Of a stretch of DNA of 64,000 nucleotides, positions 18,269 through 27,911 are shown one piece after another. How positions within the stretch are numbered: the first letter of the stretch is position 1; each line of letters begins with the position of its first letter. This stretch comes from Arcobacteraceae bacterium (GTDB lineage: Bacteria; Campylobacterota; Campylobacteria; Campylobacterales; Arcobacteraceae), in contig OY759974.1 of NCBI GenBank assembly GCA_963662945.1, forward strand, positions 1,504,001-1,568,000, written 5' to 3'. A model generated the notes under the pieces. The model was not told the origin of the DNA. It saw nothing but the letters and a program-made list of their open reading frames with translations, and searched no databases. A program made the translations under genes and the position numbers.

Positions 18269-20455
18269 ATGGTTGGAGCACTTTGGACAGGGATCTCAGG
18301 ACTTGGGGGATCGCAAATAGGGCTAGACAATGAGTCAAATAATATAGCGAATGTTAATACTATTGGATACAAAGCATCAAGGGTATCATTTGCAGATCAA
18401 ATGTATCAAGATAAGATTGGTAAAGGGGTTACATCATTTGATGTTGAAAAGATGTATACTCAGGGAAATCTCAAAATCACAGGAGTGTCTTATGATATGG
18501 CACTTTCTGGTGATGGATTTTTTCAAGTTAAAAATGGAAATGAAACTTACTATACAAGAGCTGGTAACTTCAGAATGGGTGAAGGTGGAAAACTTGAAGA
18601 TGTTGGTCAAAACACTGTTCAAGGTTGGGCAATACAACCAGTAACTCCCGATGATATAACATCTACAGATCCAAATGCGACATACTTTACAAGTGATTTC
18701 ACAAAGCTTTTAGGGAATAGGGTAATTAGAGATACAACAACTATAGAAACAATAGTCGCTAAAGCTACAGACTACACACAAACTGCAACAACAGATAATC
18801 CAGTAATATTTACAGGTGCTGGATATAAATCAGCATCAACAAAAATTGCTGATGTTGAAGCATTAATTACTGAATATAATTCAGCGCTAGCAGTATATTC
18901 TGAAGCAGATCCAAAACCAACAGCATCATCTTCATCGTCACAAAAAGATCTTTTAAATTATGATTTAGCAGGTAAAACACTTGCGGAAGGTGATGAAGTA
19001 TATATTTATATTGATGGTGTAAAGTATTCACAAAGTTTTGATACAGATAACGCAACTACAATGAAAAAATTTGCTGATAAACTTTCTGATACACCAGGAT
19101 TTAAAGCATATGTGACTGATGATATTGCTTCACCATTTGATGTAGATACACAAACAGCTCCAGGGAATGGATATATAGTAATTGAAGGAATTGTTCCTGG
19201 ACAACAATACAGAGTTACAGAACTTGGTTGGACAGATGCTAGTAATAGTAACTTAGCATCAAAAGGGACAGTAACAAATGTTCAGCCATCAGTTTTAGGT
19301 ACAGGTATGGGACATATCAATTCTGTAAAAGATGCACTAGCAGAAGCTGTAAGTGGAAAACAAATGGATGTATATACTACATCAATTTTAGCAGCAGTAG
19401 ATGGTGTAAATGACTTTGCATATCAAATTGAGATTTATGATAAAAATACAAATCAAACTGTAACAATACCAACAGTGCCATTAGATATATTAGCACCAGC
19501 AAACGTAGATGATTTTGTTGCTGCAATAAATGCAAATACAGCTGCAACTGATGAATTAGCTGATTATGTAAAAGCATATAATATTAATGGAAGTTTAGTT
19601 ATTAAGACATTAGATGATAACTATGATGTTGAGTTTACTGGGACAATGACTGGACCAATTAAAGAGATTCAAAATTTCACAATTGCTAATACAACACCAA
19701 CAGCTGGGAACGTGGCATTTGCTGGAGAATCAATTGCTCTAGCAGGGACTGAAACTACAGATGAAGTTGGGGCAGCAATTGTAGCACATTTTGCTGGAGT
19801 TGTACCAACAGCAACAGTAGAATCTGTTACGTATGATCCTACTACAGATACATTAACAGTAACATATTTATCAACAGCAGGAGATGTAGCAGAAGCACCA
19901 GCAGCAACATCAAATGGTGTTGATATATCTGCGGCAGTTGAAGTTACACAAGGTGCATTGTTAGGTGTAATTGCAAGAGATCCAAATTATAGTGGTAGAG
20001 AAGGTGCTGGAGCTGAATTTTTACAAATTAACACGATGATTAATCAAACAGCTTCAAGAAGTGATATTCAATTAAGACTAGATACTTTAGGTTTGACAGA
20101 TAGTGCATTTGGTGATTTTGAGGTTGATTCTACAGGGCTTATAACTATGACACAAGATGGAGCAAGATTTGCTATTGGACAAGTTGCTGTTGCAAGGTTT
20201 ACTGATAATAGAGGTTTAGATCCGGTTGGAGATAACTTATTAATGGAAACAACTAGAAGTGGAGCGGCATTATTTAACATTAATAATGATAAAATGGCTG
20301 AAATACAAGGTTCAACATTAGAATTATCAACAGCTGATTTAAGTGAATCATTAGTAAATTTAATGGTATTTCAAAGAGCTTTTGAAGCAAATGCTAAATC
20401 AATTACGACAGCAGATTCAATTTTAACGACATTAATTCAATTAAAACAAAGATAG
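18269..20455 (+). CDS. flgE: Flagellar hook protein, long FlgE (FlgE2-like)
   Basis: SNNIANVNTIGYKASRVSFAD, YTRAGNF, LELSTADLSESLVNLMVFQRAFEANAK; 728 aa with a large central region. Confidence 0.9.
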   Translation: MVGALWTGISGLGGSQIGLDNESNNIANVNTIGYKASRVSFADQMYQDKIGKGVTSFDVEKMYTQGNLKITGVSYDMALSGDGFFQVKNGNETYYTRAGNFRMGEGGKLEDVGQNTVQGWAIQPVTPDDITSTDPNATYFTSDFTKLLGNRVIRDTTTIETIVAKATDYTQTATTDNPVIFTGAGYKSASTKIADVEALITEYNSALAVYSEADPKPTASSSSSQKDLLNYDLAGKTLAEGDEVYIYIDGVKYSQSFDTDNATTMKKFADKLSDTPGFKAYVTDDIASPFDVDTQTAPGNGYIVIEGIVPGQQYRVTELGWTDASNSNLASKGTVTNVQPSVLGTGMGHINSVKDALAEAVSGKQMDVYTTSILAAVDGVNDFAYQIEIYDKNTNQTVTIPTVPLDILAPANVDDFVAAINANTAATDELADYVKAYNINGSLVIKTLDDNYDVEFTGTMTGPIKEIQNFTIANTTPTAGNVAFAGESIALAGTETTDEVGAAIVAHFAGVVPTATVESVTYDPTTDTLTVTYLSTAGDVAEAPAATSNGVDISAAVEVTQGALLGVIARDPNYSGREGAGAEFLQINTMINQTASRSDIQLRLDTLGLTDSAFGDFEVDSTGLITMTQDGARFAIGQVAVARFTDNRGLDPVGDNLLMETTRSGAALFNINNDKMAEIQGSTLELSTADLSESLVNLMVFQRAFEANAKSITTADSILTTLIQLKQR

Positions 20456-20461
20456 GTAGAG

Positions 20462-20791
20462 ATGGAAGATTTTTTACTCGTTTCTGTATTAGGTGTATTA
20501 ACAGTATATTTTTATAGTAGCATGAATGTGTATAAATCTCTTTATAGAAAAATTAGCGAAGAGAAAGATATGCAAATAGAGAAGGTAAAAAATTTAGAAA
20601 AGTTAAAAGAGAAATTTGAACAACAAGTAAAATTTTCTCTTGAGACAATAAGTGATTCTCAAGAAAGCTTAAAGTCTACAAGAGAAGATTACCAAGAATT
20701 AAAACTACAAAATACTGAGCTTGAACATAGAAATAGGCTTCTTCAAGAGAGGATCAATGAGCTATATGCTTCAGTTGGAAGTCTGAATTAG
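20462..20791 (+). CDS. Hypothetical protein: N-terminal TM anchor plus coiled coil
   Basis: Hydrophobic N-terminus followed by a heptad-like charged helix; tightly packed within the flagellar operon. Confidence 0.7.
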   Translation: MEDFLLVSVLGVLTVYFYSSMNVYKSLYRKISEEKDMQIEKVKNLEKLKEKFEQQVKFSLETISDSQESLKSTREDYQELKLQNTELEHRNRLLQERINELYASVGSLN

Positions 20792-20794
20792 TAT

Positions 20795-22822
20795 ATGAAA
20801 AAATTTAATAAAAAGATTTTAAATATAATTTTAATATCACTATTTATTACTAATTTATATAGTGAAGACGGTAAAACATTGGAGTCTCAACCTCAAATAT
20901 TATTTGAACATGAAAATTTACAAGAATCACAAAATAAAAGAGAGCTGTTAATTAAATTTAATACAGCTGTTTTATATCTTGAGCAAGAAGAATATATTCA
21001 TGCAATAAAACTTTTTAAACAGTCATCACAAATACTTAAAATACCTTCTTATTTGAATATTGGAATTGCATATTATAAGTTAGGTTCTATTAATAATGCA
21101 TATTTGTATTTAAGAAAAATATATGATTTTAAAGAACTCCAATTTAAAGATAAATACTCTTATTTTAGTGCGGCATATTATCTTTATAAAATCACTAAAG
21201 ATAAAAAATATATAGATGAAATAACTAGTATTAGTGCAAAAGCTAAATATTTAACAGACCATGAAAAACTTTTAGTTGTAGATACTTTAATTCTACAACA
21301 GAAGTATCAATATGCATTAGATTTAGCAAAAGAAGTTACTACAATTTCAAATTTAAAATTGGCATTATTAAATATAAAACTTCGAGATTACAATAATGCA
21401 AAATTTTATTTAGAACAAGCATATACCAATGCAAAAGGTGATAAATCTAAAAATGAAATATTATGGATTAAACTTTTTAATGCATTAAAAGGGAATGATA
21501 TTACTAATATTCTAGATACAATTGCAAAAATTGAAGATAGAAAAAGAATTTTTAAGGTAAATCAAGACTTAAAACTTGAACTCTTTTTTAATAAAAATAA
21601 ATTTACACCAAAAGAATATTTTGATCAAATTGTAAACTTATCGCATGATAGAAAAATTGATTTTATTTATTATTTCGCTCCATTTATTTTTGAAGATTAT
21701 GATAGTTTGGGTGTAAATGAAGCACGTGGATTTATAATCAAAAATGAAAATAGTATTTCTGAACTTAATATGATGATTCAATACAATGCAGATTTTCTTG
21801 AAGTGGTGAAATTAGATCCAATACAAAGAACTTTTAGATTACAAAAAATGATAGATGAAAAATATGATACAAAGGCATATGAATATTATAATTTAGGTCT
21901 AACATATGCCCAAATTTATGATTATAATAATGCATATAAATATTTTAAAAAAGCATATAGTTTAGATCATGGAAATAAACTATATTCAATAATGACATTT
22001 TTAACATCAAAAAAATTAAGTTTAAATGAGGATAAAGTTTTTTGGGAAATTTTAGTTAAAAATATTTTATCAGATAAAGGTAGTTTTAATTTTATTGCTA
22101 AATATATATATAAAATATTTGAAAATCCAGAAATAGTTTTAGATGAAAAAACACTTAGTTATAAACAAAAGAAATCTATATTTTTTAGGGCACTTTATTT
22201 TATTGATAATATAGAAAAAAATGGTATTGTTAAAACAGAACCTTTATTAGTTGAGTTTTCAAAGGATCCTTTAGTATATCTTCTTAATTTAATTGCAAAA
22301 GAAAAAGATGAAAGTGATTATGCTTATATTTCGAGAATACAAGATGAATTACCTAAAATTTATAACAATACATTTTTAAAAGGAAGTTTAGTAATTACAG
22401 ATTTTTATTTAGATACACTTAAAGCATTAGGACTTTTTGATACAACAGATTTTGATATACCAAATCATAATGAGCCAAGTTATTTAAGAACAAAAGCAAT
22501 TGTGAATCTTTATCAAAACAATCCCATTAAAAGTATAGAGATAATTGAAGGACTACAAAAAAAATATAATTTACAAAGTGTAGATAGTTATTATATATTA
22601 GCAGCCTCTCAATTATCTTCGAATAGAAAACAATTTGCATATACAACATTAAGTGAAATAGAATTAATTTATAATGATAAAGATGCGAAATTCTTAAGTG
22701 GAATAAGGCTTTTACAAGATTTAAAACTAGGTTCAGCACCACAACATTTTATGGATAAACTTAAAGGTAAAATGATAGATTTTAAATTAGAAAAATTTGA
22801 TGATTTCTTAGAATCTTTATAA
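20795..22822 (+). CDS. Exported TPR protein, PflB-like motor scaffold
   Basis: Signal-peptide-like N-terminus, TPR motifs (YLNIGIAYYKLG; YYNLGLTYAQIYDYNNAYKYFKKAYSLD), YYFAPF; flagellar context. Confidence 0.6.
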   Translation: MKKFNKKILNIILISLFITNLYSEDGKTLESQPQILFEHENLQESQNKRELLIKFNTAVLYLEQEEYIHAIKLFKQSSQILKIPSYLNIGIAYYKLGSINNAYLYLRKIYDFKELQFKDKYSYFSAAYYLYKITKDKKYIDEITSISAKAKYLTDHEKLLVVDTLILQQKYQYALDLAKEVTTISNLKLALLNIKLRDYNNAKFYLEQAYTNAKGDKSKNEILWIKLFNALKGNDITNILDTIAKIEDRKRIFKVNQDLKLELFFNKNKFTPKEYFDQIVNLSHDRKIDFIYYFAPFIFEDYDSLGVNEARGFIIKNENSISELNMMIQYNADFLEVVKLDPIQRTFRLQKMIDEKYDTKAYEYYNLGLTYAQIYDYNNAYKYFKKAYSLDHGNKLYSIMTFLTSKKLSLNEDKVFWEILVKNILSDKGSFNFIAKYIYKIFENPEIVLDEKTLSYKQKKSIFFRALYFIDNIEKNGIVKTEPLLVEFSKDPLVYLLNLIAKEKDESDYAYISRIQDELPKIYNNTFLKGSLVITDFYLDTLKALGLFDTTDFDIPNHNEPSYLRTKAIVNLYQNNPIKSIEIIEGLQKKYNLQSVDSYYILAASQLSSNRKQFAYTTLSEIELIYNDKDAKFLSGIRLLQDLKLGSAPQHFMDKLKGKMIDFKLEKFDDFLESL

Positions 22823-22858
22823 AAAATTATGCAAAAAGTACAATTATAATAATTTTTA

Positions 22859-22867
22859 TGATATAAT
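22859..22867 (+). promoter_or_regulatory. Extended -10 sigma70 promoter for flaG-fliY-motAB
   Basis: TGATATAAT preceded by a T tract; an AAGGAGG RBS lies downstream. Confidence 0.6.
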
Positions 22868-22896
22868 AATTGCATATTTAATCTAAGGAGGACGGT

Positions 22897-23208
22897 ATGC
22901 AGTTAGGAAGACTTGAAATGATGGATCAAGCACAGGTTGATTATGTATCTAAAATCTCTAAAATTCAAGAAACAGATCAAAAAGCGAAGATAGACCCTGA
23001 TGAGAAGTACAAAAATGCTTCTGCAAAAGTTGAAGCACCAGATAATGAAGTTATCTTAGATAATGTGAAATTCGGTTATAACTCTGATACAAATGATTTT
23101 TTTGTTAGAATTAAAAAAGGTGATGCGGAATTTCAATATCCTACAGAAGATATGATGAAATTAAAACAAAGTTTAATGGACGCATATAGAAGTTCACAAG
23201 AATTATAA
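22897..23208 (+). CDS. FlaG-like flagellar protein
   Basis: C-terminal KFGYNSDTNDFFVRI...QYPTEDMMKL resembles the FlaG QIPxEE motif; strong RBS. Confidence 0.6.
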   Translation: MQLGRLEMMDQAQVDYVSKISKIQETDQKAKIDPDEKYKNASAKVEAPDNEVILDNVKFGYNSDTNDFFVRIKKGDAEFQYPTEDMMKLKQSLMDAYRSSQEL

Positions 23209-23221
23209 TTAGGGTAAATAG

Positions 23222-24079
23222 TTGGCATCAGATATATCAAATATTATAAAAAGTGAAATAGCAACAACTCTTGAGAGTTTACTTTCTTTAAGTAGTAGTG
23301 TTGAAAAAGTTTCACTTTTAGATGGAGAAGAATTAAAAGGTGGTCAGTGTATAAAAGTAGCTACCACCTTTGATTTTGGCTCAAAAAGTTCTAATTGGAA
23401 TTTTTTTATACCTACAGCTACAGCAACGCAATTTGAATACTTAATGTTGGGTGGTGTAACAGACCTAAAAGATAGTATAGATGATGAAATAACAGATGCA
23501 GTTAAAGAAATTATATCAACAATTTCAGGAAGTGTTGTTACAAGTGTAAATGCCCAAGGATTCGATGATATCAATGGGATGAAGTTTACATTAGGTGATA
23601 CAAGCATCGTGGGTTGTGATGAGATAGTAAATAAAGCACAAAGTTATAAGTTTGTGTTTAAGTTAAATGAAGATGATTTTGAATTAATTATTGAATTTGA
23701 CACTAATATTATGAACTTTTTATCTTCTATATCTGGAAAGAAACAAAATGATGACTCTCAGAGTAATAGTTCTACATCTAAAGAAATAACAGGTGCAGGT
23801 TCAATTTTAAATTCACTTTTAGGTGAAGAATCAGTAGACAATTTGCGATTATTGTTTGATATAAAGATGAAACTTAGTGTTCGATTGGGAACGAAAGTAT
23901 GTCTTTTAAGAGATGTTATTAGTTGGGATATTGGGGAAATAATTGAATTAAGCCAAATGACAAATGAACCTTTAGATATATTAGTAAATGGCGTAATTAT
24001 AGGAAAAGGTGAAGCTGTTATAGTTGATGGAAAATTTGGTGTAAAAATTAAATCAATTGGTGTAAAGAAAATTAATTAA
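23222..24079 (+). CDS. fliY: Flagellar C-ring protein FliY (CheC-like domain plus FliN domain)
   Basis: C-terminal NLRLLFDIKMKLSVRLG...EPLDILVNG..IGKGEAVIVDGKFGVKI; N-terminal CheC-like region. Confidence 0.85.
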   Translation: MASDISNIIKSEIATTLESLLSLSSSVEKVSLLDGEELKGGQCIKVATTFDFGSKSSNWNFFIPTATATQFEYLMLGGVTDLKDSIDDEITDAVKEIISTISGSVVTSVNAQGFDDINGMKFTLGDTSIVGCDEIVNKAQSYKFVFKLNEDDFELIIEFDTNIMNFLSSISGKKQNDDSQSNSSTSKEITGAGSILNSLLGEESVDNLRLLFDIKMKLSVRLGTKVCLLRDVISWDIGEIIELSQMTNEPLDILVNGVIIGKGEAVIVDGKFGVKIKSIGVKKIN

Positions 24080-24089
24080 ATGAGAAAAA

Positions 24090-24848
24090 ATGGATAAAAC
24101 AACCGCAGGTGGATTAGCAGGAGTATGGGGATTAGTAGCTTTGGCTATTGTTCTTGGTGGTGCTGGATTTGGAGCTTATGTTGATATTCCATCAGTTATA
24201 ATTGTTATTGGTGGTACTATTGCTGTTACTATTGGTCAGTATGAAAGTAGTGATTTAGGTAGATTTGGGAAAGCTGTGGGAATAGCTATGAACGAAGTAA
24301 AAGTCGAGCCAATTAATGAACTAATTGAAAAAATAATTATTTACGCAACTGATATCAAGAAAAACGGAGTAATGTCAGTAGAATCTAAAATTCAAGAAGA
24401 AACAAATCCATTTTTTAAAGAAGCTTTTAACCTTTTAGTTGACAATACTAAACCAGATGTTTTAGAAAATCTTTTGGAAATTAAACTAGAACATATGGAA
24501 AATAGACATAGTACTATGATAGCAATGTTTAGTAGTATAGGTGGAACAGCAGGTGCAATGGGTATGACGGGTACACTAGTAGGACTAGTTGCAATGCTTG
24601 CAAATCTTTCTGATCCTTCTTCTGTTGGTCCAGCGATGGCGGTTGCCCTTTTAACAACTATGTATGGTTCTTTACTGGGAACAGGATTTGCTGGTGTTAT
24701 GGAAAATAAATTAACACAAAAACATAAAAAAGAACTTATTAGTTGTCAAATAATAATTCAAGGAGCTCATATGATAGCTTCTGAGGAATCAATAGGTAAT
24801 GTAAAAATGAAACTAGGGGCAATAATGCCTGATAGTAGTGAATCATAA
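24090..24848 (+). CDS. motA: Flagellar stator A subunit (PomA-like)
   Basis: DIPSVIIVIGG and MGMTGTLVGLVAML...DP..VGPAMAVALLTTMYG. Confidence 0.93.
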   Translation: MDKTTAGGLAGVWGLVALAIVLGGAGFGAYVDIPSVIIVIGGTIAVTIGQYESSDLGRFGKAVGIAMNEVKVEPINELIEKIIIYATDIKKNGVMSVESKIQEETNPFFKEAFNLLVDNTKPDVLENLLEIKLEHMENRHSTMIAMFSSIGGTAGAMGMTGTLVGLVAMLANLSDPSSVGPAMAVALLTTMYGSLLGTGFAGVMENKLTQKHKKELISCQIIIQGAHMIASEESIGNVKMKLGAIMPDSSES

Positions 24849-24865
24849 ATAAGGATATGATATAA

Positions 24866-25660
24866 ATGGCTAAAGAAAAGTGTCCAGATTGTCCTAAATG
24901 TTTACCAGGTTGGTTAGTACAATTTGGTGACTTGATGTCACTTTTATTATGTTTCTTTATTTTGCTGTTATCTATGGCAACAATGGATAAAAAGAAAGTT
25001 GAAGAATACTTTGAAATTATGAGAAGAAGTATGGGATTTCTTCAAGGTTCTACGGATACAGCAGAGGCCGAGACAGAATCTTTATCCGCATTTCATGCTG
25101 ATAAAAGTGATTCAGGGAGTGGAGATGATAATGGTCAAAATTCAGAAGCTGCTGATATATCACAAAAAGTTGAAGAAGTAACTCAAGAGTTTAATGATAC
25201 TAGTGAAGATGAAAATAAAAAAGTACAAATGACTATGAAAGGGAATAATGAGTTTACTCTTGATATTCCATCATCATTAATGTTTGCTGAAGGTGAATAT
25301 ACTTTAGAAAACCCTAATGCAAAAAGATTTATAAATAAGCTAACGAAAGTTTTAAAAACGATGACGCAGCAATTTGATATAGAAGTTGCTGGACATACAG
25401 GTTCTAATTATTTAAGAAGTGATGGAATACCAAGAGATTCATGGGATTTATCTGCATTAAGAGCAATATCTGTTGTAAAAGAACTAATAAAAAATCAAAT
25501 GGATCCTGCAACACTAAAAGTAAGTGCATTTGGATCATATAGACCCAAAAGTGATGATGCTTTTGAGAATAGACGAGTAGAGTTAAGATTTGTATCAACA
25601 AGTCAAAATAATAACCGTATGGCTCAAGAGGAAAACTTTTTTGATAGGATAGAGGAATAA
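24866..25660 (+). CDS. motB: Flagellar stator B subunit (PomB-like)
   Basis: WLVQFGDLMSLLLCFFILL TM with the conserved Asp; OmpA-like domain (GHT, WDLSALRA, NRRVE). Confidence 0.93.
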   Translation: MAKEKCPDCPKCLPGWLVQFGDLMSLLLCFFILLLSMATMDKKKVEEYFEIMRRSMGFLQGSTDTAEAETESLSAFHADKSDSGSGDDNGQNSEAADISQKVEEVTQEFNDTSEDENKKVQMTMKGNNEFTLDIPSSLMFAEGEYTLENPNAKRFINKLTKVLKTMTQQFDIEVAGHTGSNYLRSDGIPRDSWDLSALRAISVVKELIKNQMDPATLKVSAFGSYRPKSDDAFENRRVELRFVSTSQNNNRMAQEENFFDRIEE

Positions 25661-25670
25661 GGAGATTTCG

Positions 25671-25967
25671 ATGGAAATAAATAATCAATTTTTAGATATA
25701 AATAGTATTCGACCAAAATCTTATGATAATATAAAAAATAAAAATCTTAATGAAGATAAATCACTAAGGGATGTATGTAATAATTTTGAAGCATTTTTTA
25801 TGAATCAAATATTAGAAACATCTTTAAAGTCTAGTAATGTTGCAGGAGAAGGCACAGGTTCTGAAATAATCAAAGGTATGTATACTGATGCATTATCTCA
25901 AAAATCTGCTGGAAGTTTGGGTATTAGTGATATGTTATATAAATTTTTAAGTGAGAAAAAATCATGA
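25671..25967 (+). CDS. flgJ: Single-domain FlgJ (rod-binding, no muramidase)
   Basis: LRDVCNNFEAFFMNQIL...MY...L...GSLGISDMLY. Confidence 0.75.
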   Translation: MEINNQFLDINSIRPKSYDNIKNKNLNEDKSLRDVCNNFEAFFMNQILETSLKSSNVAGEGTGSEIIKGMYTDALSQKSAGSLGISDMLYKFLSEKKS

Positions 25968-26341
25968 TAGAAACTACAGTTGCACAATTAAAATCCGTTG
26001 TAAATGAACTACATAGCTCAATTATATTAGACATAGAAGATGTTAAAAAAGCTAGACATGAAAGCCTAGTTCAACGAAATAATGTTAAACTAGACCTTAT
26101 GGATACATTATCAGATTTAAAACAAAAACTTAATGAAGAACTCTCAAAAGAATATCAAAACGGTGTAGATATTACAGTATATAAAAATTCTATTGATGAG
26201 CTTGAAGAACAATTAGGTGAATTATATAGAGCAAATGGAAAATTAGCGGCGATAGTTTTACCAGTCAAAGAGATGTATAAAGAGATAATTGAGGAATTAT
26301 CAAGCCAAAATGGTGGATCATTAGTAGAGGTGATGGCATAG
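25964..26341 (+). CDS. FlgN-like export chaperone
   Basis: All-helical, 125 aa, follows flgJ; L...N..L pattern near the C-terminus. Confidence 0.55.
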   Translation: MIETTVAQLKSVVNELHSSIILDIEDVKKARHESLVQRNNVKLDLMDTLSDLKQKLNEELSKEYQNGVDITVYKNSIDELEEQLGELYRANGKLAAIVLPVKEMYKEIIEELSSQNGGSLVEVMA

Positions 26342-26748
26342 TGTTTCGTAATTTTTATTTAAAATTTTTATTATCTTTTTTTCCTATAGTACTATTTTCA
26401 AATGAAATAAATGTAGTTCCTATTGCTAATAAAAACATCAATTATAAATCTAAAATTTATTCATATGATGTACGATTAGTTCAAGAAAATCAGAAGTATA
26501 AATGTAAAAAATACGTTGATGTAATTACGTTGAAAAAAAATAAATATTTTGCACAACATTATATAGCAAAAGATAGAACAATATGTGCAGAAGATGTTTT
26601 TATACCTAAGTCTAATACAATTAGATTTAAGTTTGGGAACTTAGAAATAGAGCGAGAAGGAACCGTTATAAAAGAAACCGATGAGTACATAAAAATTAAG
26701 AATTTTGATGGTACAATAGATAAGATTTATAAAGATGGAAGAAACTAG
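26341..26748 (+). CDS. Minimal FlgA-like (SAF) periplasmic protein
   Basis: Signal peptide, VPIANKNI, AQHYIAKD and FKFGNLEIEREG...IKIKN resemble the FlgA C-terminal domains. Confidence 0.55.
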   Translation: MFRNFYLKFLLSFFPIVLFSNEINVVPIANKNINYKSKIYSYDVRLVQENQKYKCKKYVDVITLKKNKYFAQHYIAKDRTICAEDVFIPKSNTIRFKFGNLEIEREGTVIKETDEYIKIKNFDGTIDKIYKDGRN

Positions 26749-27900
26749 ATGAAAATGCTCTCATTTTTAGGTGAGTCACCTACAAAAGCTTTACAAAATG
26801 CACAGAAAGAATGTGGACCTGATGCAGTTGTAATATCTACAAAAAAAATATCATCTAGCGGTAAAAATAGTGTTAATATGTATGAAATTACTGTTGCATT
26901 AGAAGAAGAATATGATAGTAATAAAAAAATAGCAAAACAAAAAATAGTAAATACACACGCACAATCAAATTCACAAAAGATAGATGCTCAATTTTATGAC
27001 TTTAGAGCGGAAATTGAAAATATGCAAGAGTCATTATATAGAGTTCAAAAAACTCTATGGGAGCCTAAAAGTCAATTATATGATTTAGTTATTCCTCCAG
27101 AATTTATAGATATATATACTTTATTTGAAGATAATGAATTTGATCCTGAAATGACGTATAGTATTATGAAGAAAACTATTGAACAATTACCAGTAGCTAT
27201 GAAATCAAGTCCTGAAAAAATTAAAAACTTTTTTAAATTAATTTTAAGACGGGTAATTGCTATAAAACATGAAGTACCATTAAGAGTTCATCAAAGAAAA
27301 GTGATGATGTTTGTTGGTCCCACTGGAGTTGGTAAAACTACAACAATTTCAAAATTAGCTGCAAGATATGCTTATAAATTAGGTATTAATTATAAAGTAG
27401 GAATTATTACTCTAGATTCATTTAGAGTAGGTGCTGTAGAACAATTACGTGCATATACAAATATTATGAGACTGCCATTAGAAGTTGTAAAAAAACCAGA
27501 AGAGTTAAGTGAAGCTATAATGAGATTAAAAGATTGCCACTATATCTTAATTGATACAGCAGGTGGAAGTCAATATGATATGGATAAAATAGAATTAATT
27601 AATCAGTATCAACAAAATGCAACAGAAACACCAATTGAAAAAATGTTAGTTATGCCAGCAAATGTGAAAACTACTGATTTGTATGAAATATATAATAGTT
27701 ATTCAACTTTACATATTCATAATTTAATTTTTACTAAATTAGATGAAACAATAAGTTATGGTAATTTGATTTCATTTGCGCATAAAACAAAAAAATCAAT
27801 TTGTTATTTATCTGTAGGACAAAATGTTCCTGATGATTTGCATGAGGCAAGTAGTGAATATCTAATTAATTGTTTTATGAATAAAAAACATAACGCATAA
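26749..27900 (+). CDS. flhF: Flagellar SRP-family GTPase FlhF
   Basis: GPTGVGKTT, DSFRVGA, DTAG, TKLDET, GQNVPDDL. Confidence 0.96.
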   Translation: MKMLSFLGESPTKALQNAQKECGPDAVVISTKKISSSGKNSVNMYEITVALEEEYDSNKKIAKQKIVNTHAQSNSQKIDAQFYDFRAEIENMQESLYRVQKTLWEPKSQLYDLVIPPEFIDIYTLFEDNEFDPEMTYSIMKKTIEQLPVAMKSSPEKIKNFFKLILRRVIAIKHEVPLRVHQRKVMMFVGPTGVGKTTTISKLAARYAYKLGINYKVGIITLDSFRVGAVEQLRAYTNIMRLPLEVVKKPEELSEAIMRLKDCHYILIDTAGGSQYDMDKIELINQYQQNATETPIEKMLVMPANVKTTDLYEIYNSYSTLHIHNLIFTKLDETISYGNLISFAHKTKKSICYLSVGQNVPDDLHEASSEYLINCFMNKKHNA

Positions 27901-27911
27901 GGGTATGTATT

